Positions 30,000 through 42,881 of a DNA stretch of 64,000 bases are shown piece by piece. A program made the translations under genes and the position numbers. Source of the DNA: the human T2T-CHM13v2.0 reference genome, Homo sapiens; assembly GCF_009914755.1 (NCBI RefSeq), contig NC_060940.1. One strand, 5' to 3'. The notes beneath the pieces were generated by a model, which ran no database searches, was not told where the DNA came from, and saw only the letters and a program-made list of their open reading frames with translations. How positions within the stretch are numbered: the stretch's first letter is position 1; each line of letters begins with the position of its first letter.

Positions 30000-31271
30000 T
30001 GTAACAAAATTTTATTCATGTATAAATATATAATATTAATCATATAAACATTTATGCATTGTTTTATGACTGCACAAAATGATTACATAGAATTAGATTA
30101 AAAGTTACACTTTTTTAGAATATTTTCTTACTGGTTTTTAATAAACATTGATTCAGAATTACTGGTGCATAAGATCATATCAATTTATAGATTATAATTA
30201 ATGGCAAGGCCTGTATTTTACAACCTAATGTATCTAGTGAAATCTGTCACTAGTTATAAAGGATGGTAAATTTGAGAGCTTATCTGAGTAGTTAAAACTA
30301 TCAGATTTTGTCTTATCTGTTGCTCAGCAATTGCTCTAATATGGCATTGTGTTGAATGTAGAAAGCAGTCAGCAACTGGTATCCAACGAGTATCTACTTT
30401 CTGCTGGGTGTAATTTAGTTTTATAATTATGTTGAAATTGAGATAGTACATAATTTGCCCAGGGTCACTGTGATAGCCAATTGCATAGTTCATATTTGAA
30501 TCCTGTATGAGTTATTGACTTCAAAGCTGTTATTTTACCTTCTCCTATATCAATATCAGATTATAGATATATAAACACAATTGATTTGGCATTGTGGTAA
30601 GCAGTAGGGATAGTGAGTGGGAGTACAGTAAAAAGTCAGATCATATTGTTCCCCATCATCTCATATGCCTTTGTCCTCCACACTCGAAATTCAATCAAAT
30701 TTAAAAATAAAATTATAAATAAAAAATAAACATTGCCTAGGCCAATGAGGACGAATTCTGTGCGTGTGCACTCAAATTCATCTTGCAAGCCCACATTGCT
30801 CTTTTTCCTAATACATTATTATAGATTTTTGAATGAAACATTTATTCTTCATAACACCTCTTTGTCTTTTATCAGTGCTTGGAGAGCAGTTACTGGCATG
30901 TTATGTTTTAAGAATAAAAGTTGTATTCAGTTTATTTTAGTTATGTTATTGTAAATGCTTTATTTTCTGCTTGTGTCGGCTCTGGGTTGGAGTGAAACAC
31001 AAATAGTGGAAAAGAGGAATCCGTGCAGCAGGATTTTTCACACTTTACAAAGTGTTACAAAGTGATAATTAACAATGTGCTAAATACTACGTGATAATGC
31101 TCAACAGAATAAGGTGAAAATTAATTGTCTGAGATACGATATCACTAGAATGGTTCATTTCCTTAAAAGCAATTGATGCAGACAAATATTGGCAGTCTCT
31201 AGTTTTGAGGTACATAATACACTGTCATCAGCTCAATTGAATTGAACCACTCCTAGTCATTGCCATCATCT

Positions 31272-31400
31272 TTCATTCATACTTCTGTTCCTCCAACAAA
31301 TATTTATTGAATATCAATGTTGTGCCTGATACTGTGACAGATGTTGAGGATTAAGCAGCAAACAATACACACATGGTCTCTGCTCTCATGGGAATTTTAC
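31272..31400 (-). mobile_element. L2 3' end fragment
   Basis: TTCATTC..CAACAAATATTTATTGA..TGTGCC..GGTCTCTGCTCTCATGG. Confidence 0.7.
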
Positions 31401-32514
31401 TGTATCAATTGCTGTTACCATCATCATTGTTATATTCAATATCACTATCACCATCATTGTTATCATTATCAACATTGACTCTGGGGACAAATTCTATATT
31501 AATGGGAGAAGTAAGAGAGGGAAAAACATTAGGAGGAGACTTACATTTCGTAGGGTACTCTTTCTCTTTTCTTGTCATGCTCATTCTTATCTTTACAGTG
31601 CAAGTATAAAATGTTACTTTGCAGAAAGACCTTCTTTGACCACCCCATTTAAAGTAGGACATACCCTCAATTATTCTTTATCACACGACCTTGGAATGTA
31701 TTGGACACTCAAATTATACTTTCTGAATGAATGCATAAAATGACATGTTTGATCTCTTGCCATATCGCTAATGACCACTGTGACACATATGTCCAGAAAT
31801 GGTCATCAGAGGCACCAACCCACGAACTCAGGAATTGCACCAGGGTTTTATCTACAACCAACTCCTTTACCCCATCACTGTCAACAACTCCTTCAGTTTA
31901 CAATTGTGTAACTTGAAACTCCCCTTTCCCTATTTCAGGGTGGGTGTGTTACTGTGATGGTGCTGGTCCTGCTAGTATCCACCCAGGTTTTAGCAGCAAG
32001 GACACGCCTGATCAGTCCTGGGCTCCCACGTGTTAGATATGGGGAAATGAAAAATATCATCCATTATGCTGGTTAGAATTATGAAGAATTAAATTAGAGT
32101 GATAATAGTGGGAACTGAAAGAGGGATAAGAATCCAAAAGACAAAATAGGACATTACAATTTACTGAAAGAGATGAGCGAAAATGTTGCAGATATATGAG
32201 AAACAGAAGAGTATGTTGCCATTCACTGTGATAACTCAGGAAGAACAGCAGAACAAATAATGGAGATGGTTAGTTCCACTGTAGATATGTTGATAACATG
32301 GCCATTTGTTGGAAAAGATCGGTTGAGAATAGAAAGATGTGAAGATACAGAAATTTTAAGTGTTGATAGTTTAAACATTGCTGCTGCCATTCACTGGAAC
32401 TGGGAGCAAACAAAAGGAAGGTGATGGTTGTTTCCATTGTAGAAATATTGAGGACGAGAGATCAAGCAGGCCACTTTAAAGGCCTGTGTTAGCCTTTTGT
32501 AGTAATTCAGTTAT

Positions 32515-32588
32515 CTCTTTCTCTCTCTCTTTCTCTATCCATCCATCCACCCACCCACCCATCCATCCATCCGTTTATCCATCCATCC
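32515..32588. repeat. (CT)n + (CCAT/CCAC)n microsatellite
   Basis: Direct reading. Confidence 0.9.
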
Positions 32589-33154
32589 TTCTTCTATGTT
32601 CTGATTCACCATATAGACAAGAGAAGGAAAGGAAATTGATAACATAAAACAAGTAAAAATTTAATGATAGCAGAAAGGTCCAAGGGTAGGACCTTGGGGG
32701 AATGAGGCAATAAAATAAAAGTATTATCAGAGATATAGAGGGGGAGCCAGTATCAAAGTAATGATAACACTGGAAGGATATCGATGCAAGAGGAAAGCTA
32801 AGAAAAATAGTGTTAAAAATGTGGTATAGGTCAGAGACATAAAGGCAAAGTCAAGACTTTTCTGGTTCAGAATGTATATTTTTGGTGAGCTTAGTTCAAA
32901 TAGTCATGGGCGATCTCTGGGGGTGAGGGCAGACTGTAGCAGATCAGCAACTGTAAGTGAGGAGAGGGAGCGTTTTATGAAAAGCAAAATGTACTTTTGG
33001 GAAATGACATGCTAAGCACCTTAAAAATTTGTGTACCCTCAGTTTTGAAAGAGCTTCCCCCAGATAACTACTATGCTGTCTCTCCTTTGTCTAATCCAGA
33101 TCTCTGCTTAACTGTTATTCCCCCTCAGAGAGGGCTGTTTTGAACACCTGTGCC

Positions 33155-33611
33155 TGTAGTGCCTGTTTTCCTTTCCAGACTCTTCTCTGTCCTTCTTTAT
33201 CCTGCCCTGAGTTCTACCAGGCTAGGTCATATTTACTGCACTAATGAACTTCCTTGACATTTTATTTCTTATAGGGTTTGTCTATTGGGGGAAGAGACTA
33301 GATGGGGGAAGACCTGTTAGTTTGGGGTATTTATTCCTCTGTTTTTGTGGGAGTCACCACTGAAGTTCACAGTCCATTGCATGTGGCTCTTTTTATACAC
33401 TTTCTATTCTACATTCTATTCCAGATTCATTCAGTCCTTCTTCCACACTGGTAAGGTAGACAGCCAGTACTATCCCCAGAGCGATAAAATCACCTTGGGG
33501 TTTTCCCAACACCCTGTCCATACCTTTTATAATAGTCCCTTTATTAAATTACCTTCAATTATCTCAACTTGAATGTGCCACCAGGGTCCTGTCAGAACCC
33601 TAAGTGATACG
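33155..33611 (+). mobile_element. ERVL LTR33-like solo LTR lying within an L2-like fragment (~33050-33820)
   Basis: GGGGTATTTATTCC motif and 3' end AATAGTCCCTTTATTAAA..GAATGTGCCA..CCTGTCAGAACCCTAAGTGATAC; flanks have L2-like CAGATCTCTGCTTAACTGT..CTCAGAGAGG and TATTTTCCTTCAGAGTATTTATCACC. Confidence 0.7.
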
Positions 33612-35609
33612 CAATATTGTATAAAATAGAGGCCCCATAACTCTTATTACATTACACTGCTTTATTTTCCTTCAGAGTATTTATCACCATTTAGCATGGC
33701 TATATATTTATTTGTTTACTATCTTGCTCACTATAATGCAAAATCCACAAGTTAATGGACTTTTTCTATTCTGTTTACTGTTACATCCTATCATCTAGAG
33801 CAATGCTTGCCATATAGGTCATATATATATATGTATATTCATATTTATATGATATACATACAAATCATACACCACATTTATCATAGCATTGCCACTTAGC
33901 TTTAGTTTTCATCTCTTCCTCCAATATATTTAGAATAAGAAAAATATTCTTTTTATATACTAAGTTGTTTACACTATCACAACCAGTAATAATTATACCC
34001 TGAAAGTTTTAAATCCTAAAAGTTTCAAATTTGAGAAAATTGTGCTTGTATGACTTATTCAAAACTGCAGTCATCTGTGTGTGTGTGCATGTGTGTGTGT
34101 GTGTTTGACATAGAGAGAGGGAAAGAGAGAGAGAGAGTCTGTGATGGCTATTCCAAAATTATTTTACTTCATATATTTGTAAGGACAGATTTTTCTATTT
34201 ACCTACCACTATTTCAAAGTTTTGAAACTGACTGAATGAATCAATTTTCAGGAAGTATGTAAATTCCAAGGGGAAATTGGAAGAGAGATTACAGTAAAAG
34301 AGGAAAATAACATACCCGTCTGTATTTCCATTTAACAGAACCTTGTAAAAATTACTGTTTGAAACCCTTTTATATTAGTCAACATTCCAGAGAATATTAA
34401 GAGTTTGCCAAAAAGGATAATTGCATCTTTTAAAATTTTAAGCAGTATGATGTGTTTAACTGTGAACTATTTTTGAGTATTTAAGCTGCACATATACATT
34501 TTTAATTTTGATTGCTCCAGTGAGCCATGAAGCTATTTGCTAGAGATATACTTCAGAAAAGAACTACCAACACAGTTAACTCACCACTTATCCTTGCCCA
34601 CTGCATAATTACATGTAAGAGAGCTTTTAAAAATATGCTGCCCTTTTAAAAGAAATAGTATATAACAGAACAAAGTGTATGGCACAGATTCATAATAATC
34701 TCTATAGCATTCCTATGATTGTAATTATAATAAGGAAATTACAACACCTTGTAAGAGTTCTTTAATGTACAAATGTTTTCATATAAGTCATCATTTTATA
34801 CTAACACCAAACTAGTGGATAGTATTATTCCTAATTTCATATAAAAAAACTGAGTAATGAAGCAGTTAAAGGGCTTGTTTGAGATCATGCAGGCAGTGTT
34901 TAAGCTAAAACACAGGCTGTCATAAGGTCCTACTCATAAGAAATTATATTGAATCTTCTCCCACAAAAACTCTGTGACCTTGGGCAGATTGTTTACATTT
35001 TCTAATTCTCAGTTTTTTTCAGCTATAAAACTGTCAGTAGTAATATCTGGGTTATATTTTGACAAATATTAAGCTATATCATATATAACTAGTTAAACTG
35101 ATACGTGATAATAATAATAATTGTGGTTTTATTATTTTGCTCCTATTCTAATTACAATTCTGTGATTTAGATTTGAATAGTATTTGGAATAAAAATATTT
35201 AGTTCTATAGAAGGGCAAATCATTGATGACTGGGTTCCTTCCTATAAGATCAATTTTTATAAAGATATTTTGGGAATAAAATTATTGGCATTTATGGAGA
35301 TAAATGTTCAAATGGTCATGTACCTTCAGTGGCAGACTTCAGTATGCTTACATGTAATTATCACATCGCTAAACCCACTGCAAGGAGGCAACGCAGATGA
35401 CCCTTTGTTCCCATCCTGCAAGAGGAGAAAATTGCCCTGGATTCAGAGAGCATTAGTTTTTAAATCTTATTTTTTTCCCCACTCACTTTCTTGTTGCTTT
35501 CAGTAAAATCGTGTAACTTTCTAGCAGCTCAGCTCCCTAATTCATAAAACTGGCATAATAATATGTGTTCTTTCATACATACAAGAAGAGTTGCATAATT
35601 GAATCTTTT

Positions 35610-36230
35610 TATTAGTCAGGATAGTCTAGGTTATATGCGGTTTCCAAGTAACCCCAAGAGTCAGTGTCACATCATAACAAATGGTTTACTCATGCAACAT
35701 TAACTTTTGGTCTAGGTGATTCCCCAGACCAGCTGTCTTCTATGTGTTAACTCAGCATCTCTGGCGGCTTCTACCTGACTGTATGCTTCCACAAACATTG
35801 TTGTAGAGGAAGCATAGTTTGGAAAGTTAAGCACCAACAGTTAAATGTCTCCACCTGGAAATAATGCATATAATTTGTGCTTTATTACAGATAGGTAGGA
35901 GGCATAACTTCTAGTGTTTTATACCACTGCAGGCTGATAATCATAGATAATAACATAGTTTCAAATGGCTACAAGGAATATATTGACTATTCCCAAGACA
36001 AAGAGATGATAAATACTTGAGATGATGGATTACCCTGATCTGATCACTATACATATGGATCAAAAGATCACTTTGTACTCAATAAATATGTAAAATTATT
36101 ATATGTCATTTACAAAAAGGAAATCATGTACCCATACACATGACTTTGAGTAGAGGAAACTAAGCTTTCTTCCTGGACTCAAAGGTAGATGAAAACCATA
36201 TATTGTTGAACAGCAGTGTAACCTGCCACA
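35610..36230 (-). mobile_element. Old MaLR LTR (MLT1J/K-like), interrupted by an L1MA fragment
   Basis: TATTAGTCAGGATAGTCTAGGTTAT..AACCCCAA start; ends GAACAGC..CTGCCACA. Confidence 0.55.
35884..36122 (+). mobile_element. L1MA 3' end fragment
   Basis: TAGGAGG..TTCTAGTGTT..TTCCCAAGACAAAGAGATGATAAATACTTGAGATGATGGA..TACCCTGATCTGATCACTATAC..AATAAATATGT. Confidence 0.85.
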
Positions 36231-36849
36231 ATTGAGATCACAGTTGCCAAGGAGAGTCTATTTGAAGAATATGAAACCATTAAACTCCACATCAACGTAG
36301 ATCACAAAGCAGTTTCCTGTATACAAACAGGACATGGCTTTAAGTCAAGTGGGTTCTTGGCTGTAATAGGTTATTTTTAAAATGGAATATGTGGCTTTAT
36401 CACTATCAGAGAGAACCAGAAAATTCCTGTGGTGTCATAAAACAAGTCTCAACGCTGAGAAAACAATGAATACTGCTCCAAGAGGTAAACCTTAGAACTA
36501 GAGAGGATTCCTATATGAAAGCTGAAGTGACCATTTTGCAGTTTGTTCTGAAAGACAGAAATAACAAATTCTAAAACTTGTTTTTGCATGGATATGCATA
36601 CACACCATAGCGTGGATTACAAATGAAGGTTCCAAACTTAATGTGTGAACATTAAGCAATTGCAATATGAGAGATGGAGAAATTTCTGCAATTGTCATTT
36701 TAAGCCCAGCGTAATAAAATAAAGTTTGAATTTAGGCACTTTCTTTTATGGTTTTAATTATTCTTGCTCAATTATTTTTCTTGCATTCATGAAGTCTGGA
36801 GATAAAGAACCTCATAAGTCCCTGTTTCCTATTGCTGTATGGAACGGAC

Positions 36850-37301
36850 TGAAGCAGATGCTATTGGTTTCCTGACCGGGTCCTCTTTCTTTATTAGGAT
36901 ATTGCTTCCATTTGGTATTGCTGCTAGTGTCTAAGACTCACACTCTCCTTCACCAGAACATTGTCCTTGGCTAACAGGAGGCAGCACACTCAGAGATGTC
37001 TGGGATACTGGGAGGTTATTCAACCCACTTCTCCGAGGCATCCTGCAGCCAAACAGTGACTGATGGAGTATCACTCCCTTACCTTCTTTCCTTGAGGTGG
37101 GACTTCTGTGATACCAATTTATGCTCTAGAGTTTCCTGTGATGTGAGGCTGAATTCTGGAAATCACACCTCTGCTAGGTTGTTTCTCCATCTTGACCTCT
37201 TCTCTCATTCCCTACAGATTTCTCCTGTGAACCCTATTTCAACAAATCACTTTCACAAGAAACCCTGTCTCAGGCTCTGCTTCAAGGCCTGAGCTAAGAC
37301 A
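36850..37301 (+). mobile_element. ERVL LTR16-like solo LTR
   Basis: GCAGCCAA..TGACTGATG..CCTTGAGGTGGGAC..AAATCACTTTCACAAGAAACCCTGTCTCAGGCTCTGCTTC..CTAAGACA. Confidence 0.75.
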
Positions 37302-39069
37302 TTGGATATAGTCAACTTAATTAGTGCTGTCAATATTCTAGTGTCTAGAACCAGCCAAGAGCTGTACTTAGAGAAAACAATCTTTACAAGATTATTTCTG
37401 CATGGGTTGGCTATGCATTGGACAAACAAATCAACAAAAAAGTAAACTAGAAAGGCTTAAAACAGTATCCTCTACCCTGGGCTCTGCATTGAACCACAGA
37501 ATATTGTTGTACACTCCATCAACAGAATATTTTGAGTCAGTCTCACAGATAAGGTGATATTACTCTTTTGACTTGGCTGCTAATTACATAAAAATTGCAC
37601 TGGACTTTGAGAGGTAGACATCACAATTTAAGAAACTGTTGATAATACAAGCATTGCTGACCTCTCAGATCACTAGGGTAGAAACTCTAAGAAATTCCTT
37701 GCAGAGTTTATTAGAACACAATGGAGTTCATAGTTCTGCCATATCATCCTTATTAAAGTCTCAGGTACTATATTGTAAGTTCTGGACACCACATTCTAAG
37801 GGACAATCTAAGGAAGTTGCCTATAGGCAATCTGGTATTCAGGAAAAATGGATTAGAGTTTGGGGGGATTGTGATGTAAACATGTGTCATAAGAACTGCA
37901 AAGTTTTATGGACATACCCTGAACATCTTCCATTATGAATAACTAGTACGCAGCAGCTGTATCATGAAATTGTATGCAAGTATTTATCAACTTCCGAGTC
38001 ATCTAAATTAACTGGTACGAATACATATTTTCTAATTAAGTAGAAGTTGAAATTAGTTAAAAATAAATTTCACTAATTTTTGGATTGTGAGAAAGTACCT
38101 TCTTTATATTTTCTAAAAATGTTTAAGCAAATGCAAGAACCTCAGGTACTATTTTAGTTGCTTTAAGAAAATGAAGATTATTTTCCAATGAAACACTTAT
38201 TATAATAATAAAATATATTTTAAAAAAGAAGATACAATTAAGGAAAAACAAACCCTTGGTTCATAACTATCACATTGTAGCCCATAAGTATACACAATTA
38301 TTACTTGTCAATGAAGAGATAAATTAAAAAGCCCAGAGGAGGCCCCAAAACCAACCAACTGAAGAAAACAACCAAACAAACAAAACCCCCCAAAACAAAA
38401 CAGAGGTGTCAAAACATTCCAAAGGACTGAGGATCCTCTTGGTGGTATCTATGCTGGTGTTGGAGCATTTAAGTATCACTACAACATCCAGCATCATTCA
38501 GATATGAATGTTATGCCTCCAGACCACCCTCATACATGTAGCTGGAGGTGCTTATAAGCATGGAGAGTTCCAGGCTCTACCCAGACAAGCAATGTCAAAA
38601 TCTCAGGAATCCAGGTTCACTTTCAAAATCACTGTAATGTTTTCCAAACCCAGACTGTTTCTAATGATATTTTTAGGGTACTCATGAAGAACAATCAATC
38701 CATTTCTTGTCTTTTTTCAACCTAAAATATAGAAAATATTTTTTCCCAATAGCTGCAGTGGCCAATGGTGGCAAAATATCTTACTGTATTTCATACTAAC
38801 CTAAAGCGATCATTCAAAGTTATCAGGCTATCTCACCATCACCTCTCCAATCTAGAATTTTCAATAATAATAAAAGTGTGCATAGCAGATTTAAAATATC
38901 TCAAAAGAAAAAGTGCAATGGTATTGTCCACAACTGCTGGTGATGTAGAGTGTTTATATTTAGACATGGGAAAGGATCAGTCTTGCTCCAAGTAGTTGGT
39001 ACACATGGAATGTGAAGTGAGATTTTGTTTTCCATCTGATTAAATCCTGGAGAAGGTAGGGCCAGAGGG

Positions 39070-39520
39070 AAAGACATAAAGCTTTGGAGCCTGACATATC
39101 TGTCTTTGAGACCTGGCTCTGCTGTTTTCTGTTTGATTTTGGACAAGTTATTTGGCTTCTCTGTGCCTTAAAATTGTCTTTAGTAATTCAAGAAAAACAC
39201 TTCAGTTCTCTGCAGGACAAATGTGAGAATTTAGTAAGAGAATAATTATAGCTAACATATATAGAGTGCTGCTGACGTGCCAGGTCCTACTCTAATAGAT
39301 TTATATGTATGTAATACGTATTTATATATATATATATAATACGTATTTTATATATATATATGTTATCACATTTAATCCTTCTAGAACTCCATTTGATAGA
39401 TACTCTAACTATTGCATTTGCATTTTGCAGATGAGGCAACTGAGACATACAGAGTTAAACTACTTTCATGAGGAGGCACAGATAATGAATTCAAGGTCCT
39501 ACTTCTGATACTAAGCAGTC
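39070..39520. mobile_element. Two MIR fragments in opposite orientation with an internal (TA)n
   Basis: TTGGACAAGTTATTTGGCTTCTCTGTGCCT (+) and CATTTTGCAGATGAGGCAACTGAGAC (-). Confidence 0.65.
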
Positions 39521-39660
39521 TAATTCAAGAACAAAAATAAGAAACTCTGGTTACTGAACTATATTCATTTTGGGTATTATTTCCATGAATTAATTGATGG
39601 AGTGCACTGTGCATATCACAAGAAATCAAGAATTTTAAGCTACCTGGCTTTGTCCCTTAT

Positions 39661-39956
39661 TATTATTATTATTTTTTGAAATGGAGTTTCACTCTGTTGC
39701 CCAGGCTGAGTGCAGTGGTGCGATCTCGGCTCACAGCACCCTCTGCCTCCCGGATTCAAGTGATTCTCTTGCCTCAGCCTCCCAAGGAGCTAGGATTACA
39801 GGCGCCCACCACCATGCCTGGCTACTTTTTGTATTTTTAGTAGAGACGGGGTTTCACCATATTGGCTAGGCTGGTCTTGAACCCCTGACCTCGTGATCCA
39901 TCCGCCTCGGCCTCCCAAAGTGCTGGGATTACAGGTGTGAGCCACGGCGCCTGGCC
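39661..39956 (-). mobile_element. AluS (Sg-like), full length, (TTA)n tail
   Basis: Alu consensus with CCTCGTGATCC; TSD TGTCCCTTAT at 39651-39660 and 39957-39966. Confidence 0.95.
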
Positions 39957-41259
39957 TGTCCCTTATCTTTTTGGGATAGACTGAACCACTAAAGACAAGT
40001 CAATTTTGTTGGTCTATTTATACATTTTGTTTGTCTATTAACTGGCAATACTAATTCTAAACTACTATTCCAAATGATTCTCTTACAATGACAGCCTCTA
40101 CTTCTTTTTCATGAACTTGTCGTCAAGCAATGCGGTAAACAAATGCCTGCCTCACAAGCAGCCCTTAGGTATGTTATATAATTTTGCAGAAATGTAATAA
40201 ACATGGATATAGAGAGGGTTGGCTATGTTTTACCAGCACAGACTTACATACAAGTGCAAACTTTGCATTTTAGTTAGCCCCACAAATGAGAAGTATAAAA
40301 ACAATATTAAAGATAGATGATCACTGAAGTAGCATATGCTTAAAATTCAAGATTTTGAATGTGGTGTTTTGTTTGTTTTTCATACGAGCACTGCTGATCC
40401 AGCATTTATTATGCCATTTGACTATCCTGAGACCCAGGATGGATATTATGTGAAGCACCTGACAATTCAAGTAAAAGATAATCTGATTTTTTTCTCCCAA
40501 ACTGGTCAATAATAAATGAGTTTTAAACTTTAAATCAAAACAATGGATTTCTCACAGTACATTATTGATAAGGCACACTTATTCTAACAACATTTTCAAA
40601 GAACAATGTATTATTTACTGCCTCTACTAATAAAAACTCTAACATAAATGAAAGCATTAAGCTAAAAAATAATAATCAGACAGGCCTGACCATGTTAAAC
40701 ATTCCGCAGGGCACTTGGAAATTTGGATCGAGAAAATATGTAACATGATTTGTTCCTCAAATTCCCTAAAAATTATTTTTTAACATTGGGTAGTAAAATA
40801 CAAGTTTCTTATAATGGCGTGACATTTATAGCCAAATACTAAAACATCCAATAATTATTCCATGTGGGTTTCTGTACATAATGCTGACCTGAGTAATGCA
40901 ATTTGAGAAAGTGACAAGGAACTCTTCACAGTAATAAAGTTGTATGAGGCAAGGATACTACTTTAAAGACTTATTTCAGAATTAGAAATTTTTTCTATGA
41001 TTTTTTTTCCAGGAACATTTTGATTCTTTTAAATTCCATATCTAAAAAATTTCAAGATTAATAAAAGTATGCTGACTGGAATTGTTTATTGAATGAATAA
41101 GTGAATGCATGAATGATTATAGAAAGGAGAAAAACAATGGAGGCAGGCATAGAGATTTCTAGTGAACTAAAAAATTATAAACAAAGATAAAAATGTAACA
41201 TCATCGTAGTATGCTTTTTTGGGCCTCTGATATGTGGTAGTCCATTTGCTTATAATAGC

Positions 41260-42849
41260 CTTTTTAAAAACTTTCATTTATTTTAAATTGAAATGTATAT
41301 TGAGGTAATTATAGATTTATATGTTGGGTAAGAAATAGTAAAGAGGATTGTTGTAAGAAATAGTAAAGAGAAATCTCTTGTACACTTTGTCCAGTTTCCC
41401 TTAATAGTGACATTCGACAAACCTGTAGTGCAATTTCATAACCAGGACATGATAAAATCTACTCACATTATTTATATGTCCTTAGTTTTACTTGCACATG
41501 TGAGATTGTACTGAGTTTTATAAAATTTTATATACACCTCTGTAGGTGTGTTCATTGTCACAGTCAAGGTAATAACACAATGATTACTTCCATATCTTAC
41601 CACACACCTTACTCCCACCCTATACTACCTCCCCCCATCTTAACTACTAGCAACTACCATCTCTACTTCTAAAATTGTATCATTTCAAATATGTTACATA
41701 AATGAAAATATGTTGCATGCAACCTTTTGAGATTTTTATTCTGCATAATATCTAGAGATGTACGGAAGCTGTTATATCTATCAATAATTCATTGCTTTTC
41801 ATTGGTATGTATGCACCAAAGTTTGGATAATTATTTGGCTATTAAATTATTTAGCTATTAAAGGACGGCTGAACTGATTTCAGTTTTTGGTTATTACAAA
41901 TAAAGTTCCTGTAACTAGTCATGCACAGGAATTTTTGTGTGTATATACATTTTCATTTTAGGGGGATAAATACCAAGAAATAAAATTGTTGCACTGTATG
42001 GTTGTTGCATGCTTAGTTTTGTAAGAAGCTGTCAACATGTTTTTCAGAGCGGTGGTACCATTTTACATTCCCACTAGCAATGCATATTTAATTCAGTTTC
42101 CTCACATCCAGACCAGCATTTATTGTCACTATTATATATTTTAAGCATGGGTGTAGTGATAAGTAATTATGTTAATTTGCATTTCTCAGATGGCTGTTGA
42201 TATCAAACCTTTTTATGTGATTATTTGCCATCTATCTTTTCAGTAAATGTCTGTTCATGTATTTTGCCCATTTTCTAAGTTTGTTTTTCTGTTGTTTTCA
42301 GAATTACATATGTATTTCTAGGAAAATACCGTCTCTATATACTATATAGTATATATATAGTCTCTATATACTATATAGTATATATATAGTCTCTATATAC
42401 TGTATGGTATATATATAGTCTCTATATACTGTATGGTATATATATAGTCTCTATATACTGTATGGTATATATATAGTCTCTATATACTGTATAGTATATA
42501 TATAGTCTCTATATACTGTATAGTATATATATAGTCTCTATATACTGTATAGTATATATATAGTCTCTATATACTATATACATAGTGTATATATATAGAC
42601 TCTATATAGTATATATATAGTATAGTGTTTATATAGTCTCTATATATAGAGACTAAGAAAATATATAGTCTCTATACAGTCTCTATATAGTGTACATATA
42701 TAGTCTCTATATATGATATGTATAGTCTATAGTCTCTCTATACAGACTTTATATATGTATAGACTATATATATAAAAAAGAACATATAGATTGGAAGACT
42801 ATATATATATCATCTATATAGACTATTTCGTGTGTGTGTATACACATAC

Positions 42850-42881
<32 letters not shown>

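Noticed and set aside
37750-37860. Possible L3/CR1 fragment (GTTCTGGACACCACATTCTAAG)
   Set aside because: Similarity is too short and degenerate to call without an HMM search.
42331-42600. Regular 29-bp palindromic repeats superficially like a CRISPR array
   Set aside because: Head-to-tail units with no unique spacers, no cas genes, and a primate context: a minisatellite.
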